Shown: positions 29,886-40,019, counted from the stretch's first letter. The stretch is 64,000 bases of DNA from Candidatus Latescibacterota bacterium (GCA_965205975.1 OZ242195.1:2560001-2624000), one strand, 5' to 3'. Translations and numbers: made by a program. Notes: generated by a model not told the origin, from the letters alone.

Positions 29886-30956
29886 ATGTCCGGTATCACA
29901 CAGCACAAACCCGACAAAGCTTATGAAGGCTACACCCTCTTTTCAGAAACCTTTTCGGAACCAAACTGGGAAGTCGGCAAAGAAGCGGTGGTATATCTCA
30001 TCGACATGGACGGAGAACCCGCCCACACATGGCACCTCACGCAACACACCGTCCAGTCCCACTGCCGATTGCTGCCCAACGGCCATCTACTCGTGCCCAC
30101 CCACGACCGCTCGGGCGTCACGCAGTGCAGCAATGTCGGCATTTTTGAATACGATCCCAACAGCACACTCGTCTGGCGCGTGCGTTGTCGCACCGACCAC
30201 GACTATCAGGTGCGCGACAACGGCAATCTGCTCATCCACACACTCAACGAAACCATGTGCCCGCCCCTGGGACCTGAACTCAAGCGCCACCCGTACATGA
30301 TTGAGATTACGCGAGACAAAGAACTGGTCTGGGAGTGGAAAGGCGAAGAGCATCTACAAGACCTCGAAGCCTGTCTATCTCCCGAAGCATGGCAACACGT
30401 TCTGGACCGCGCCACCGGACGATTTGCATTTGACTGGGCGCACAACAACACGCTCCAGATCATCCAGTCCAATAAAAACGAGAGTGACGCCCGCTTCAAA
30501 CCCGGCAACATCTTCTTCTCCTACCGCAGCAACGACGTCATCGGCGTAATCAACTACGACACCGGCGACATTGTCTGGGCCTGGGGACCCGGCATCATCG
30601 ACGGGCAGCACAAGCCCCACATGCTCGCAAACGGCAATGTACTGATCTTCGACAACGGCACCCTGCGCGGATATTCTCGCGTGATTGAACTCAATCCCCT
30701 CACCGAAACCATCGAATGGGAATACGTCGCAGACCCCAAAGAAGCGTTCTTCAGCGCAGCCATTTCCGGTGCCCAGCGCCTGCCCAATGGCAACACCCTG
30801 ATATGCGAAGGCGGCAAGACCCGACTTTTTGAAGTCACGCCAGATGGGGAAATCGTCTGGGAATTCATCAACCCCTATCGCCACGAAAACGGGCGCCCCG
30901 TCATCTATCGCTGTTTGAGATATTCACCCGAATACGTAGCCCCTCTTCTATCCTGA
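29886..30956 (+). CDS. Aryl-sulfate sulfotransferase (ASST)-like beta-propeller, no signal peptide
   Basis: GYTLF, LLPNG, TDHD, DWAHNN, GQH, FDNG, SRVIE, SGAQRLPNGNTLI.EG. Confidence 0.85.
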   Translation: MSGITQHKPDKAYEGYTLFSETFSEPNWEVGKEAVVYLIDMDGEPAHTWHLTQHTVQSHCRLLPNGHLLVPTHDRSGVTQCSNVGIFEYDPNSTLVWRVRCRTDHDYQVRDNGNLLIHTLNETMCPPLGPELKRHPYMIEITRDKELVWEWKGEEHLQDLEACLSPEAWQHVLDRATGRFAFDWAHNNTLQIIQSNKNESDARFKPGNIFFSYRSNDVIGVINYDTGDIVWAWGPGIIDGQHKPHMLANGNVLIFDNGTLRGYSRVIELNPLTETIEWEYVADPKEAFFSAAISGAQRLPNGNTLICEGGKTRLFEVTPDGEIVWEFINPYRHENGRPVIYRCLRYSPEYVAPLLS

Positions 30957-30992
30957 ATGATCTTACTGCGCCATAAAACCAAGGAAAGTAGC

Positions 30993-32552
30993 ATGCGCTT
31001 CTTCAACACCACTGGTCCCGTCCGCTCCAAAGAACACTACAGCATCCCGCCTTTGGATCGCCTGGACCTCGATAGCGTCCTAACGCTCATCCGCCAACAA
31101 AAGTACTTTGTGCTGCACGCGCCTCGACAAACGGGCAAGACTTCTGCTCTCCTGGCGTTGCGTGACCTGCTGAACAGCGGTGGGGACTACCGCTGTGTGT
31201 ACGCAAATGTCGAGATCGGACAGGCGGCGCGAGAAGACATCCGGGAAGCGATGCGAGCGATCCTGGACGAACTGGCCTTGCGTGCCCAGTTGACACTCAA
31301 AGACAACTTTGTAGATGAGATATGGTTCGATATCTGGACGCAAGCCGGACCCAATAGCGCGCTCAGACGGATCTTAAGCCAGTGGGCGCAAGCCGACCCG
31401 AGGCCGCTGGTGCTGCTCATCGACGAAATTGACGCGCTGGTAGGCGACACGCTGCTGTCCGTACTGCGCCAGTTGCGGTCTGGCTACGACCTCCGCCCAG
31501 AGGCGTTTCCGCAAAGCGTCATCCTGTGCGGGGTGCGAGACGTGAGAGACTACCGCATCCATTCGCGTTCTCAAAACGAAATCATCGCTGGCGGCAGCGC
31601 GTTCAACATCAAGGCCGCTTCCTTGCGCCTCGGCGACTTTTCTCGGGACGAGGTCACGTCATTGTTGGCACAATACACATCGGAAACGGGTCATGCGTTC
31701 AGGCCAGAGGCTCTGCACCGGGTGTGGACGCAATCACAAGGCCAGCCGTGGTTGGTGAACGCACTCTGCGCCGAAGTCTGTTCTGGAAACAAGCGCGACC
31801 AACCAATTTTAGAGGACGACATCATTGAGGCGCAGGAGCAACTCATCCTTCGCCGTGAGACCCATCTTGACCAACTGGCAGACAAGTTGCAAGAAGACCG
31901 CGTGCGGCGTATAGTTGAGCCGCTCTTGAGTGGATCAGAAGAACGCCACTTCACAGACCGCGATTTGGAGTACGTGCGGGATCTCGGGCTGGTGGCTCAG
32001 GATCTGCCCTACCGCATTGCCAATCCAATCTACGCAGAGGTGGTCCCCCGCGAACTGACGTGGGTGGTTCAAGGAGAGTTCGAACAGGACACGGCCTGGT
32101 ATGTAAAAGCCGATGGCAGCCTGGATCTGGTCAAGTTGCTCGCCGCTTTCCAGACATTCTTCCGCGAGCACTCCGAGCATTGGGTTGAGCGGTTCGAGTA
32201 CAAAGAGGCCGGGCCACAACTGCTCTTGCAAGCGTTTTTACAGCGCGTGGTGAACAGCGGTGGTCGCATTGAGCGCGAATACGGCCTGGGGCGAGGGCGC
32301 ACGGACTTGCTCATCGTCTGGCCGCAAGGGGATCAAACGCGTCGGTTCGTGGTCGAATGCAAAATTCTGCACAAAAGTCTGGAGCAAACCATCGCCGAGG
32401 GCATTGAGCAAACCGCTGACTACATGGACCGCTGCGCGGCAGAAGCGGGCCATCTCGTGATCTTCGACCGCAGCGACAGCCCCTGGGCAGACAAAATCTT
32501 CCATCGCCGGGTATCGGCAGGAGATAACTGCATTGATGTGTGGGGGATGTGA
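30993..32552 (+). CDS. AAA-family ATPase fused to a C-terminal PD-(D/E)XK nuclease-like domain
   Basis: MRFFNTTGP, HAPRQTGKTS, LLIDEID, EREYGLGRGRTDL...VVECK. Confidence 0.85.
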   Translation: MRFFNTTGPVRSKEHYSIPPLDRLDLDSVLTLIRQQKYFVLHAPRQTGKTSALLALRDLLNSGGDYRCVYANVEIGQAAREDIREAMRAILDELALRAQLTLKDNFVDEIWFDIWTQAGPNSALRRILSQWAQADPRPLVLLIDEIDALVGDTLLSVLRQLRSGYDLRPEAFPQSVILCGVRDVRDYRIHSRSQNEIIAGGSAFNIKAASLRLGDFSRDEVTSLLAQYTSETGHAFRPEALHRVWTQSQGQPWLVNALCAEVCSGNKRDQPILEDDIIEAQEQLILRRETHLDQLADKLQEDRVRRIVEPLLSGSEERHFTDRDLEYVRDLGLVAQDLPYRIANPIYAEVVPRELTWVVQGEFEQDTAWYVKADGSLDLVKLLAAFQTFFREHSEHWVERFEYKEAGPQLLLQAFLQRVVNSGGRIEREYGLGRGRTDLLIVWPQGDQTRRFVVECKILHKSLEQTIAEGIEQTADYMDRCAAEAGHLVIFDRSDSPWADKIFHRRVSAGDNCIDVWGM

Positions 32553-32564
32553 GCGGAGAATGGA

Positions 32565-32604
32565 CAGAGCGGGGTACAACTGGCCGCCTCCCAGACCAGC
32601 TCAT
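32565..32604 (-). repeat. Mini-element copy (ATGAGCTGGTCTGGGAGGCGGCCAGTTGTACCCCGCTC)
   Basis: Similar to 45119-45154, 63510-63542 and 63555-63593. Confidence 0.7.
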
Positions 32605-32625
32605 AGAGTAATCAACGCCTTGTAG

Positions 32626-33551
32626 ATGAAGCAGCAAAACGCAAAAACACTCACAGAAAGGAGCAAAGCCATGGTAAGGATAACACCCATAAAACGAAGA
32701 CAACGCCGTGTGAAGATATCTCTGGTACAACAGGAGAAGAAGAAAGTGTTGGTTGCGGAAGGTGACTCCTGGTTTAGCTACTCTTGGCAGTTTATCCATA
32801 TAACAGATGTCTTGGATAAATTGGAGGATGAGTTTGGTTACGAAGTGGAAGAGGTCGCCGATGCGGGCGACTTCCTCGAGTCGATGGCCTATGAGAAGCG
32901 CCAGATAAACAAACTTATCGAATGTCTGACAGAACTCAAAGACAAAAAAATAACACCCCAAGCCATCCTATTTTCAGGCGGTGGCAACGATCTCTTCGGT
33001 AAATCCAAGGAATTCAATAACTCCGATAAATCCTATCTGGAACATCTTCTTAACTACAAGAACCCAAAGCTTAATGTATTGAATGAGGAACTGGTTAAAG
33101 CTATGATTGATTGCCGTCTCTATGAAGCGTACAAGGAACTAATCATTCGCGTAACTTGCAAAAGCGGAGAATTGTACCCTGAGGCAATCCCTATTTTCAT
33201 TCACGGCTACGCCGCGGCTGTTCCAGATGGAAAAGGTATTTGGGGCGGCTGGTGGATCTTGCCTGGACCCTGGCTCAAGCGAGCATTCAAGAATAAGGGT
33301 TATAAAGATCTGAAAGAAAATACTAAAACTATGGAGAAATTGACTAATCGCTTCAACTGTATGCTATCGAAACTTGCCAACGAATTTGATCATGTTACCT
33401 ATGTGGATGTCCGTCCCTGCCTGAGCAATTCGCTGAAAAACGATGCCTACAAGGAAGATTGGGCTAACGAACTTCATCCCACAGAAAAGGTTTTAAGAAA
33501 GTAGCACAGAAATTTCATGAAGAAATCCAAAATCTGGCTCAACCGGAATAG
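32626..33551 (+). CDS. SGNH/GDSL hydrolase-like protein with a -1 frameshift at A4 33485-33488 near the end
   Basis: AEGDSWF, SGGGND, HGY, W.NELHPT; shifted frame gives GFKKVAQKF...stop at 33551; low GC. Confidence 0.8.
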
Positions 33552-33597
33552 TGGTCAGCACTTTGCTGCACCATGCATTTTATAAAGGAGTTTACCT

Positions 33598-35310
33598 ATG
33601 CCTTCTCCCAACGTAGTCTTTGTAATTACCGATGATCAGGGCTATGGCGACCTTGGATGCCACGGCAATGACATCATCCAGACGCCCAACCTCGACCAGC
33701 TTTACACCGAAAGCGTGCGATTTACCAATTACCACGTCGGTCCTACCTGCGCGCCCACCCGGGCGGGCATCATGACGGGACGCTATTGCAACTGCACGGG
33801 CGTATGGCACACCATCGCGGGACGCTCGCTATTACGCAAAGACGAAACCACCATCGCCGACTTCTTCAAAGCAGCGGGATATCGCACCGGCATGTTTGGC
33901 AAATGGCATCTCGGCGACAACTATCCATTTCACCCGCACAATCGGGGCTTTGACACGGTCGTTTACCACGGCGGCGGCGGCGTACACCAGACCCCTGACT
34001 ACTGGGGCAATACCTATTTCAACGACACGTACTTCCGCAACGGCGTACCTGAAAAATTCAGAGGCTACTGCACGGACATCTGGTTTGACGAAGCCAAAAA
34101 ATTCATCGAAGACTGCGGCGACACGCCCTTCTTCTGCTATATCCCCACCAACGCACCACACGGTCCCTTCAACATAGCCGATCACTACCGCGAACTCTAC
34201 AACGGCGACGGCTTGCCCGGCCAGCGCGACCGCTTTTACGGCATGATCACCAACATCGACGAAAACGTCGGTCTCATGCGCGACTTCCTCCGCGAAAAGG
34301 GATTGGAAGAAAACACCATCTTCATCTTCATGACCGACAATGGCACGGCCAATGGCTGCACCCTCGACGGCAATGGCTATGTCACAGATGGTTTCAACGA
34401 TGGTATGCGCGGAAAAAAAGGCTCGGAATACGAAGGCGGGCATCGCGTCCCCTTCTTCTTTCACTGGCCCGCAGGGGGATACGCCAGCGGACGGGACATC
34501 GATACCCTCATTGCCAACATCGACTTCTTGCCCACCCTTTGCGACCTCTGTGACGTCCCCATCTCAGACGAAGCCCGCGAACGCATCAACGGTACCAGCG
34601 TCAAACCCCTCCTCGAAGGCACGGACAACTGGCCCAAACGCACAATCGTCACGGACTCACAGCGCGTGGAAAATCCCATCAAATGGCGCAAATGCGCGAC
34701 CATGACACAGCGCTGGCGGCTCATCAACGGCGAAGAACTCTACGACATGGACACCGACCGCGAACAACGCCACAATGTCGCCGAGCAACACCCCGATATC
34801 GTCGCAGAACTGCGCCAGCACTACGAAGACTGGTGGGCACTTGTCTCCGAACGCTTTGGCGAAGACGTACCCATCATCGTCGGCTCTGAAAGCGAACCCG
34901 TCTCTGTGATCACAACCCACGACTGGCACAACGAAAACAGCGATTCCGCCTGGAATCAGGGGGCGATCCGCCGCGGGGTGGAATGCAATGGTCGCTGGGC
35001 AATCGACGTAGCCGAATCGGGTAATTACACCTTTGAATTGCGCCGATGGCCCCGCGAAGAAGACCGCGCCATCACCGAAGGCATCCCCGGCAAACTCACG
35101 CCCTATTACGGCGGCAATGCAATTCCCGTCAGCACCGCCCGCATCAAAGTCGCAGGGGAAGAACAATCGCAATCCATCGGTCTCGAAGACAAAGGCATCG
35201 CCTTTACCTGCACCCTCCAGGCCGGTGAAACGAGCCTCGAAACCGAACTCACCGATGAGAATGGTATCTCGCTGGGAGCGTATTACGTATATGTTGAGCG
35301 GGTGGAATAA
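33598..35310 (+). CDS. Arylsulfatase-like sulfatase with C-terminal extension
   Basis: DDQGYGDLG, TCAPTRA, GKWHLGDN, APHGP, TDNG, EGGHRVP. Confidence 0.93.
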   Translation: MPSPNVVFVITDDQGYGDLGCHGNDIIQTPNLDQLYTESVRFTNYHVGPTCAPTRAGIMTGRYCNCTGVWHTIAGRSLLRKDETTIADFFKAAGYRTGMFGKWHLGDNYPFHPHNRGFDTVVYHGGGGVHQTPDYWGNTYFNDTYFRNGVPEKFRGYCTDIWFDEAKKFIEDCGDTPFFCYIPTNAPHGPFNIADHYRELYNGDGLPGQRDRFYGMITNIDENVGLMRDFLREKGLEENTIFIFMTDNGTANGCTLDGNGYVTDGFNDGMRGKKGSEYEGGHRVPFFFHWPAGGYASGRDIDTLIANIDFLPTLCDLCDVPISDEARERINGTSVKPLLEGTDNWPKRTIVTDSQRVENPIKWRKCATMTQRWRLINGEELYDMDTDREQRHNVAEQHPDIVAELRQHYEDWWALVSERFGEDVPIIVGSESEPVSVITTHDWHNENSDSAWNQGAIRRGVECNGRWAIDVAESGNYTFELRRWPREEDRAITEGIPGKLTPYYGGNAIPVSTARIKVAGEEQSQSIGLEDKGIAFTCTLQAGETSLETELTDENGISLGAYYVYVERVE

Positions 35311-35359
35311 AGCGAGGAGATGGGGGTCGGGTGGACATCTCACCTATAAAAAAAACACA

Positions 35360-35773
35360 ATGGAAAAAGGATTGTTACTCATCCTCGCGCTTTTCTTCGT
35401 GAGTGTCCCTTCATGGAGTGCGGAATCTCAGCCCGATTCTCTCGCATCGGATCGTCGCGTGCGCGGTGCGGTATTGCGGTCTATCGCACTGCCAGGATGG
35501 GGACAATTTTATAATGGCAAGCGCGTAAAAGGCAGCATAATTGCGACCGCAGAGGTCGCTTCGGCCATCGCCTGGGTCGTGCGTCGCAAACAGATCAAAG
35601 ATCGGGGGACTCAGGAACGGAACCTGTACCTCTTCTCAACCATTGGGATTGTGCTCTACAGCGTGGGAGATGCTTATGTGGATGCCCATCTCAGCCGGGT
35701 AGATTGGGCGGAAGTGGAGGCGGGTATCGATGAAAATGGCGCGGCAAAATTTCGCCTAAAATTAAGGTTTTGA
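35360..35773 (+). CDS. DUF5683-like exported/membrane protein
   Basis: Signal peptide; AVLRS..LPGWGQFYN and DAYVDAHL motifs. Confidence 0.75.
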   Translation: MEKGLLLILALFFVSVPSWSAESQPDSLASDRRVRGAVLRSIALPGWGQFYNGKRVKGSIIATAEVASAIAWVVRRKQIKDRGTQERNLYLFSTIGIVLYSVGDAYVDAHLSRVDWAEVEAGIDENGAAKFRLKLRF

Positions 35774-35811
35774 TGTCGCTTTAGCGCGGATAGTGGAGTT
35801 ACCCCGCTTTA

Positions 35812-37551
35812 GATGCTGTTGCCGAATTAAATAATGGGCATACCATGTAGGGTTTCTGGTTCCGTGTATCTCTTCCCTTTTACCGAGGTGATCCATGTCC
35901 CTACCCAAAGGTCCTATCGAACCTGTGCCCGCAGAGACCGTTCGCATTGCCCAAACTGCCTTCCCTAAAGGCAATATCTATATGAAGATGCGCGATGAGT
36001 TAGGCTCCATTTATGAGAATGCCCAATTTGCAGACCTCTTTCCACGTCGTGGTCAATCAGCAGAGAGTCCCTGGCGATTGGCTTTGGTGACGATTATGCA
36101 GTTTGCTGAAAATCTGACGGATCGACAAGCGGTCGACGCGGTGCGAAGTCGCATAGATTGGAAGTATGCATTAGGCTTAAATCTTGAGGATTCGGGTTTT
36201 GATTTTTCTGTGTTATGTAAATTTCGTAAGCGTTTAATTCAACACCAGGCAACCCACCGTCTGTTTGATATTCTGCTCACGCTTTTCGTCCAGCGAGGCT
36301 TCGTCCATACTCGTGGTCGCCAGCGAACCGATTCGACGCACATTCTGGCAGCGATCCGCTCGTTAAACCGATTAGAATTAGTCAGCGAAGCCGTGCGGCA
36401 GGTCTTAGAAACACTGGCCAAAGCTGCGCCACCATTTCTCCAAGGTCGCGTTCCAAGTGTGTGGGTAGAACGCTATGGACAACCCCTCAATGAGCAGCGC
36501 TTACCCACCGATGACCGAGAACAAACTCTATTTGCTGAGGCGGTTGGACGTGATGGACGCACACTTTTACAATGGATTTATGACGAGCCGCAATGGTATG
36601 GCCTGCATGTTCTACCAGCAGTAGAAACGCTACGCCAGATCTGGGTGCAACAATTTTACGAAGTCGATGATCACCTGCATTGGCGCGCCAACAATCAGAC
36701 ACCGCCAGCGACTTATCGCATTGTATCTCCCTATGATCGCCAAGCACGGCAAGGGCGAAAGCGAGATACAAGATGGTTCGGATACAAGGTTCATATGACT
36801 GAAACGTGTGAGAAAGATCAACCCAACTTGGTGATCCAGGTAGAAACACAGCCAGCACCTCAACAGGATGTTTTGGCAACCCCAAAAATCCACCAGGATT
36901 TGGAAGAAGAAGGGCTTTTACCCACTGTACATATTGTAGATACGGCCTATATGAGTGGTCCACTCATGGTTGAGAGCCAAAAGGCTTTTGGCGTTGAATT
37001 ACTCGGTCCGGTTCTACCGGATACCAGTTGGCAAGCTCAGGCTGATGAAGGCTTTGACATCACCCATTTTCAGGTTGATTGGAAAAACCAAAAGGTAACT
37101 TGTCCTGAAGGACAAACCAATCGCTATTGGCGAACAGGCAAGGATCGGCATGATCATCCCGTGATTCGCGTATATTTTCCTCCAAAAATCTGTAATGCCT
37201 GTCCTGTTGTCACCAAATGCACGCAAAGTGCAACGGGGCGAAGCTTGAGTATAAAACCAAAAGTAGAACACGAAGCCACACAAGAGGCACGACAACGCCA
37301 AGAATTACCCGAATTTAAGGAAAATATCATGCTCGGGCAGGTATAGAAGGCACGCTGTCCCAAGCAGTTATTGCTTTAGGGATGCGAAAAACGCGCTATC
37401 GTGATCCCGTCAAGGTTCACTTTCAACATTTAACCACAGCGGCGGCCATAAATTTGAAACGTGTTTATGAGTGGCTCAATGAAACGCCACGGGCTACGAC
37501 ACGAACATCAGCCTTCGCTGCTTTGGCCGCATAGAATTCGGCAACAGCATC
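35812..37551 (+). mobile_element. IS1182-family insertion sequence (~1740 bp)
   Basis: Perfect terminal IR GATGCTGTTGCCGAATT (35812-35828 / 37535-37551), TA on both flanks, single DDE transposase. Confidence 0.9.
35895..37534 (+). pseudogene. IS1182-family transposase with a -1 frameshift at A4 37321-37324
   Basis: LTDRQA..AV..RIDWKYAL, RTDSTH, SPYD, GYKVH.TETC, VDTAY, CP.G, C..CP....CT; shifted frame YHARAGIEGTLSQ...TRYR ends at TAG beside the right IR. Confidence 0.88.
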
Positions 37552-37567
37552 TAAAACGGGTCAAGTC

Positions 37568-37700
37568 CACTGACCCCAATTGTGCCATCGCCATCCAAAT
37601 CGTACTTAGCGTCGTAACCAGAATCGCCTCAACTTGCCCCGAACTTCTCTACAAATGTCAGGAAGCCTGCCAAATCAACCTGACCATTTCTATCTCAGTC
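37568..37700 (-). pseudogene. Relic of a dockerin-like / paired EF-hand repeat domain
   Basis: D*DRNGQVDLAGFLTFVEKFGAS*GDSGYDAKYDLDGDGTIGVS with two in-frame TGA. Confidence 0.65.
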
Positions 37701-37946
37701 GGGTAGATTCGGCTAAATTTTAAGTTTTGATAGCATTGCGTTCCTTAATGGCTCTGCAAACCATTCCTCCTTGAAGGCATTGACCTCTACAGCGAGGCAC
37801 GGGTTTAACGATACCCCTTAGGCGGGCCTCGGCAGATTCCGGACACACAAGCACATACCGCACGCCGCAGGCATGATGTAGCCAACCTTTATCACGAGCA
37901 CAGCGAGTCATCTCTTGAAGGTTTTAAAGGCTTCCTAAGACGACTT

Positions 37947-38261
37947 CTACAGGCCGAGTTCCGTTTCCGTACGAATTTCTCGGATAATTGAGTTGATCTC
38001 CTCTTCGGACGAGATATGCCTTGCCAGAACGGTCTCTGTCGTTTGTAGTACCCGAGCACCAAAAAGGCTGGCTATATCTTGTCGCAATCCTTGCCCAATA
38101 TAGAACTTGAGCAATGCCTGGACTGACATGTCTCGATTGGCAGCGACCTGCTTGAGGGAATTAAGCGCGTCCGTTGGCATCCCTATGGATACCTTTTCCG
38201 TCGCACGCGGACGGAACGTAAGATCAAATGTTTCTTTTGTTTTCTTTTCAGGCTTCTTCAT
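37947..38261 (-). CDS. Putative antitoxin partner of BrnT (RHH/CopG-like)
   Basis: Overlaps the brnT 3' end; VSI.MP.D.L..LK.VA..RDMS.QALLKFYIGQGLRQD. Confidence 0.7.
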   Translation of the reverse strand: MKKPEKKTKETFDLTFRPRATEKVSIGMPTDALNSLKQVAANRDMSVQALLKFYIGQGLRQDIASLFGARVLQTTETVLARHISSEEEINSIIREIRTETELGL

Positions 38262-38541
38262 ATAATTTCCTTTCAGGGCGTGTTGCGCGACGCGCAGATA
38301 TGATGCGCGTCCGTTGGTCTCGCTCCACATAAACGACCAGCAAAATGCGTTGCAGAAGCGAGTAACCAACAATGAAATCTCGTTGCTCGTCATCGGTGGA
38401 AGCATCGCCTGTTTGATGGAAAGGATCGAAGAAGACTTCGGCTGCTTCTTCAAAAGCGATGCCATGCTTCAGCAAGTTGCTCTGGGCTTTGTTCTCATCC
38501 CACTGAAACTCAATGTCTTGAAGTTGAAATAAAATGCTCAT
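38248..38541 (-). CDS. brnT: BrnT-family ribonuclease toxin
   Basis: FQWDENKA.SN..KHGI.FEEA..VF.DP, RIISAR.AT..ER..YE. Confidence 0.93.
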   Translation of the reverse strand: MSILFQLQDIEFQWDENKAQSNLLKHGIAFEEAAEVFFDPFHQTGDASTDDEQRDFIVGYSLLQRILLVVYVERDQRTRIISARRATRPERKLYEEA

Positions 38542-38619
38542 GAGACAGTCTTAATAAATCAGAGAGCCAATGTACCTTGATGTCGCTGGAATGCTATCGG
38601 CGACATCGTCCGATTGTTT

Positions 38620-39591
38620 TTATATATACCGAATATTCTTCCCCAGAGTCGCCACCATCTCGCCGCTTGATACCATCGGCAGCAAATTTTCCGACCAGAA
38701 AATCGACTCCTCTGGCGCGCGCAATGTCTCGAGCACAGTGCCAAACGGATCGGTAATATCTGCAACGGGATCGTCCTTTTGCAAATGATCGTAGTGCTGC
38801 GCGTGAAACTCTATAAACCCACCCCGATTGGCCAACACCGTCAAAAACCCATCCACCACCACTTGCTTCTTGGGTATAAACGGCTCGCCCGGTATAACCC
38901 CGTAATACTTCAACACATTCTCAACACCTGTAATACCCTTCTGAATACTCTCCCTATCCCAACCCATGCATCCACCGAGTTCGGGATCAATCGTCGGAAT
39001 TCCCTCATCTGGAGCAGAACGCGCGAGTTGGCCTGCGGGACCACGCTGGTCGAGAATATAGCCAATGCCAAACACCTGAGCCATCTCCATACACACGCGG
39101 TGAATGCGCTTGCGCCGATCCACCCGCACGCGCACCTCGTCAATCATCGGTCGGCGCCCCCCCTGGTGCAAATCAATACAATAATCGGACTGCAACACCG
39201 CATTGTGAAATAACCGATAGGCAATGCGCTCGCTCGACGTGCCATCTTTGCGTCCGGGAAAACACCGATTCATCTTTTTTTCATCAACCGGACTAAATGC
39301 CTGATGCGCGTGAAACGCGTGAAAATTGACAATCAACACCGCAATAACCCGCCCGCTCATCACCGTCGGATCCAGCCGTTTCAACACCTGTCGAATCACG
39401 CTGATGCCATTTAACTCATCCCCATCGCTAATTGCCTGCAAATAAATCGTCGGTCCTTCCTCAGCACCATTGATCAGAGATACCGGAACGCGCGCAGGCG
39501 ACCCATCCTGCATCTCAGCCACCTTCAAATAGCCATCCGTGCGCTGTCCAGACTCAGCCCGAAGATGTTCAACGCGAAGCAATTCACCCAT
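38620..39591 (-). CDS. Succinylglutamate desuccinylase/aspartoacylase (M14-like) family protein
   Basis: DGDELNG, MNRCFPG..DG..SER.A, IDLHQG, PELGG; first Zn-ligand His appears as Asp (SDGDE). Confidence 0.85.
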   Translation of the reverse strand: MGELLRVEHLRAESGQRTDGYLKVAEMQDGSPARVPVSLINGAEEGPTIYLQAISDGDELNGISVIRQVLKRLDPTVMSGRVIAVLIVNFHAFHAHQAFSPVDEKKMNRCFPGRKDGTSSERIAYRLFHNAVLQSDYCIDLHQGGRRPMIDEVRVRVDRRKRIHRVCMEMAQVFGIGYILDQRGPAGQLARSAPDEGIPTIDPELGGCMGWDRESIQKGITGVENVLKYYGVIPGEPFIPKKQVVVDGFLTVLANRGGFIEFHAQHYDHLQKDDPVADITDPFGTVLETLRAPEESIFWSENLLPMVSSGEMVATLGKNIRYI

Positions 39592-39702
39592 AATATTTAT
39601 CGCTCCTGAAAAAAGCCGAATATCTCTTTATTTTTCGTGTTAAAAAAACAGGTGAAACCATGTGATGTCAACCAAAAAGAGCGTAATATTTTTTTGTTAG
39701 GT

Positions 39703-39731
39703 TTGACAACTGTCATGTGACACATTACATT
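39703..39731 (+). promoter_or_regulatory. Sigma70 promoter with overlapping palindromic operator for higBA
   Basis: TTGACA-17-TACATT; TGTCATGTG-A-CACATTACA inverted repeat at 39711-39729. Confidence 0.75.
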
Positions 39732-39737
39732 AAAAAT

Positions 39738-40019
39738 ATGATACGCACCTTTGCCAATAGAGAAACTCAGGAACTCTTCACCAAAGGACAATCAAGACGT
39801 TTACCACCTGATATAATTAGAAGAGCCATTCGCCGTCTGGAATACATCGATCTGGCCGATACCCTCGACGATTTAAAGATACCGCCGAGCAACCGTCTTC
39901 ATGCCTTAAAAGGAAGCAGAAGAGGACAACATTCTATTTCCATTAACACACAATGGCGAATCTGTTTTCGATTCATTAATGGCGATGCTTATGATGTCGA
40001 AATCACTGACTATCATTAG
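39738..40019 (+). CDS. higB: HigB (RelE-superfamily) toxin
   Basis: MIRTF...ET..LF, PPSNRLHAL.G.R.GQHSI.IN.QWRICFRF, VEI.DYH. Confidence 0.93.
   Translation: MIRTFANRETQELFTKGQSRRLPPDIIRRAIRRLEYIDLADTLDDLKIPPSNRLHALKGSRRGQHSISINTQWRICFRFINGDAYDVEITDYH

Noticed and set aside
37315..37330. Programmed -1 frameshift in the transposase
   Set aside because: No X XXY YYZ slippery heptamer, IS1182 transposases are normally single ORFs, and the same lesion type occurs in two unrelated genes.
37568..37700. In-frame TGA codons as possible selenocysteine
   Set aside because: They do not fall at Cys-type positions, and there is no start codon or evident SECIS; pseudogene decay fits better.
37947..38465. 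172-aa version of the BrnT partner ORF
   Set aside because: The extension overlaps most of brnT; ATG 38261 gives the usual short overlap.
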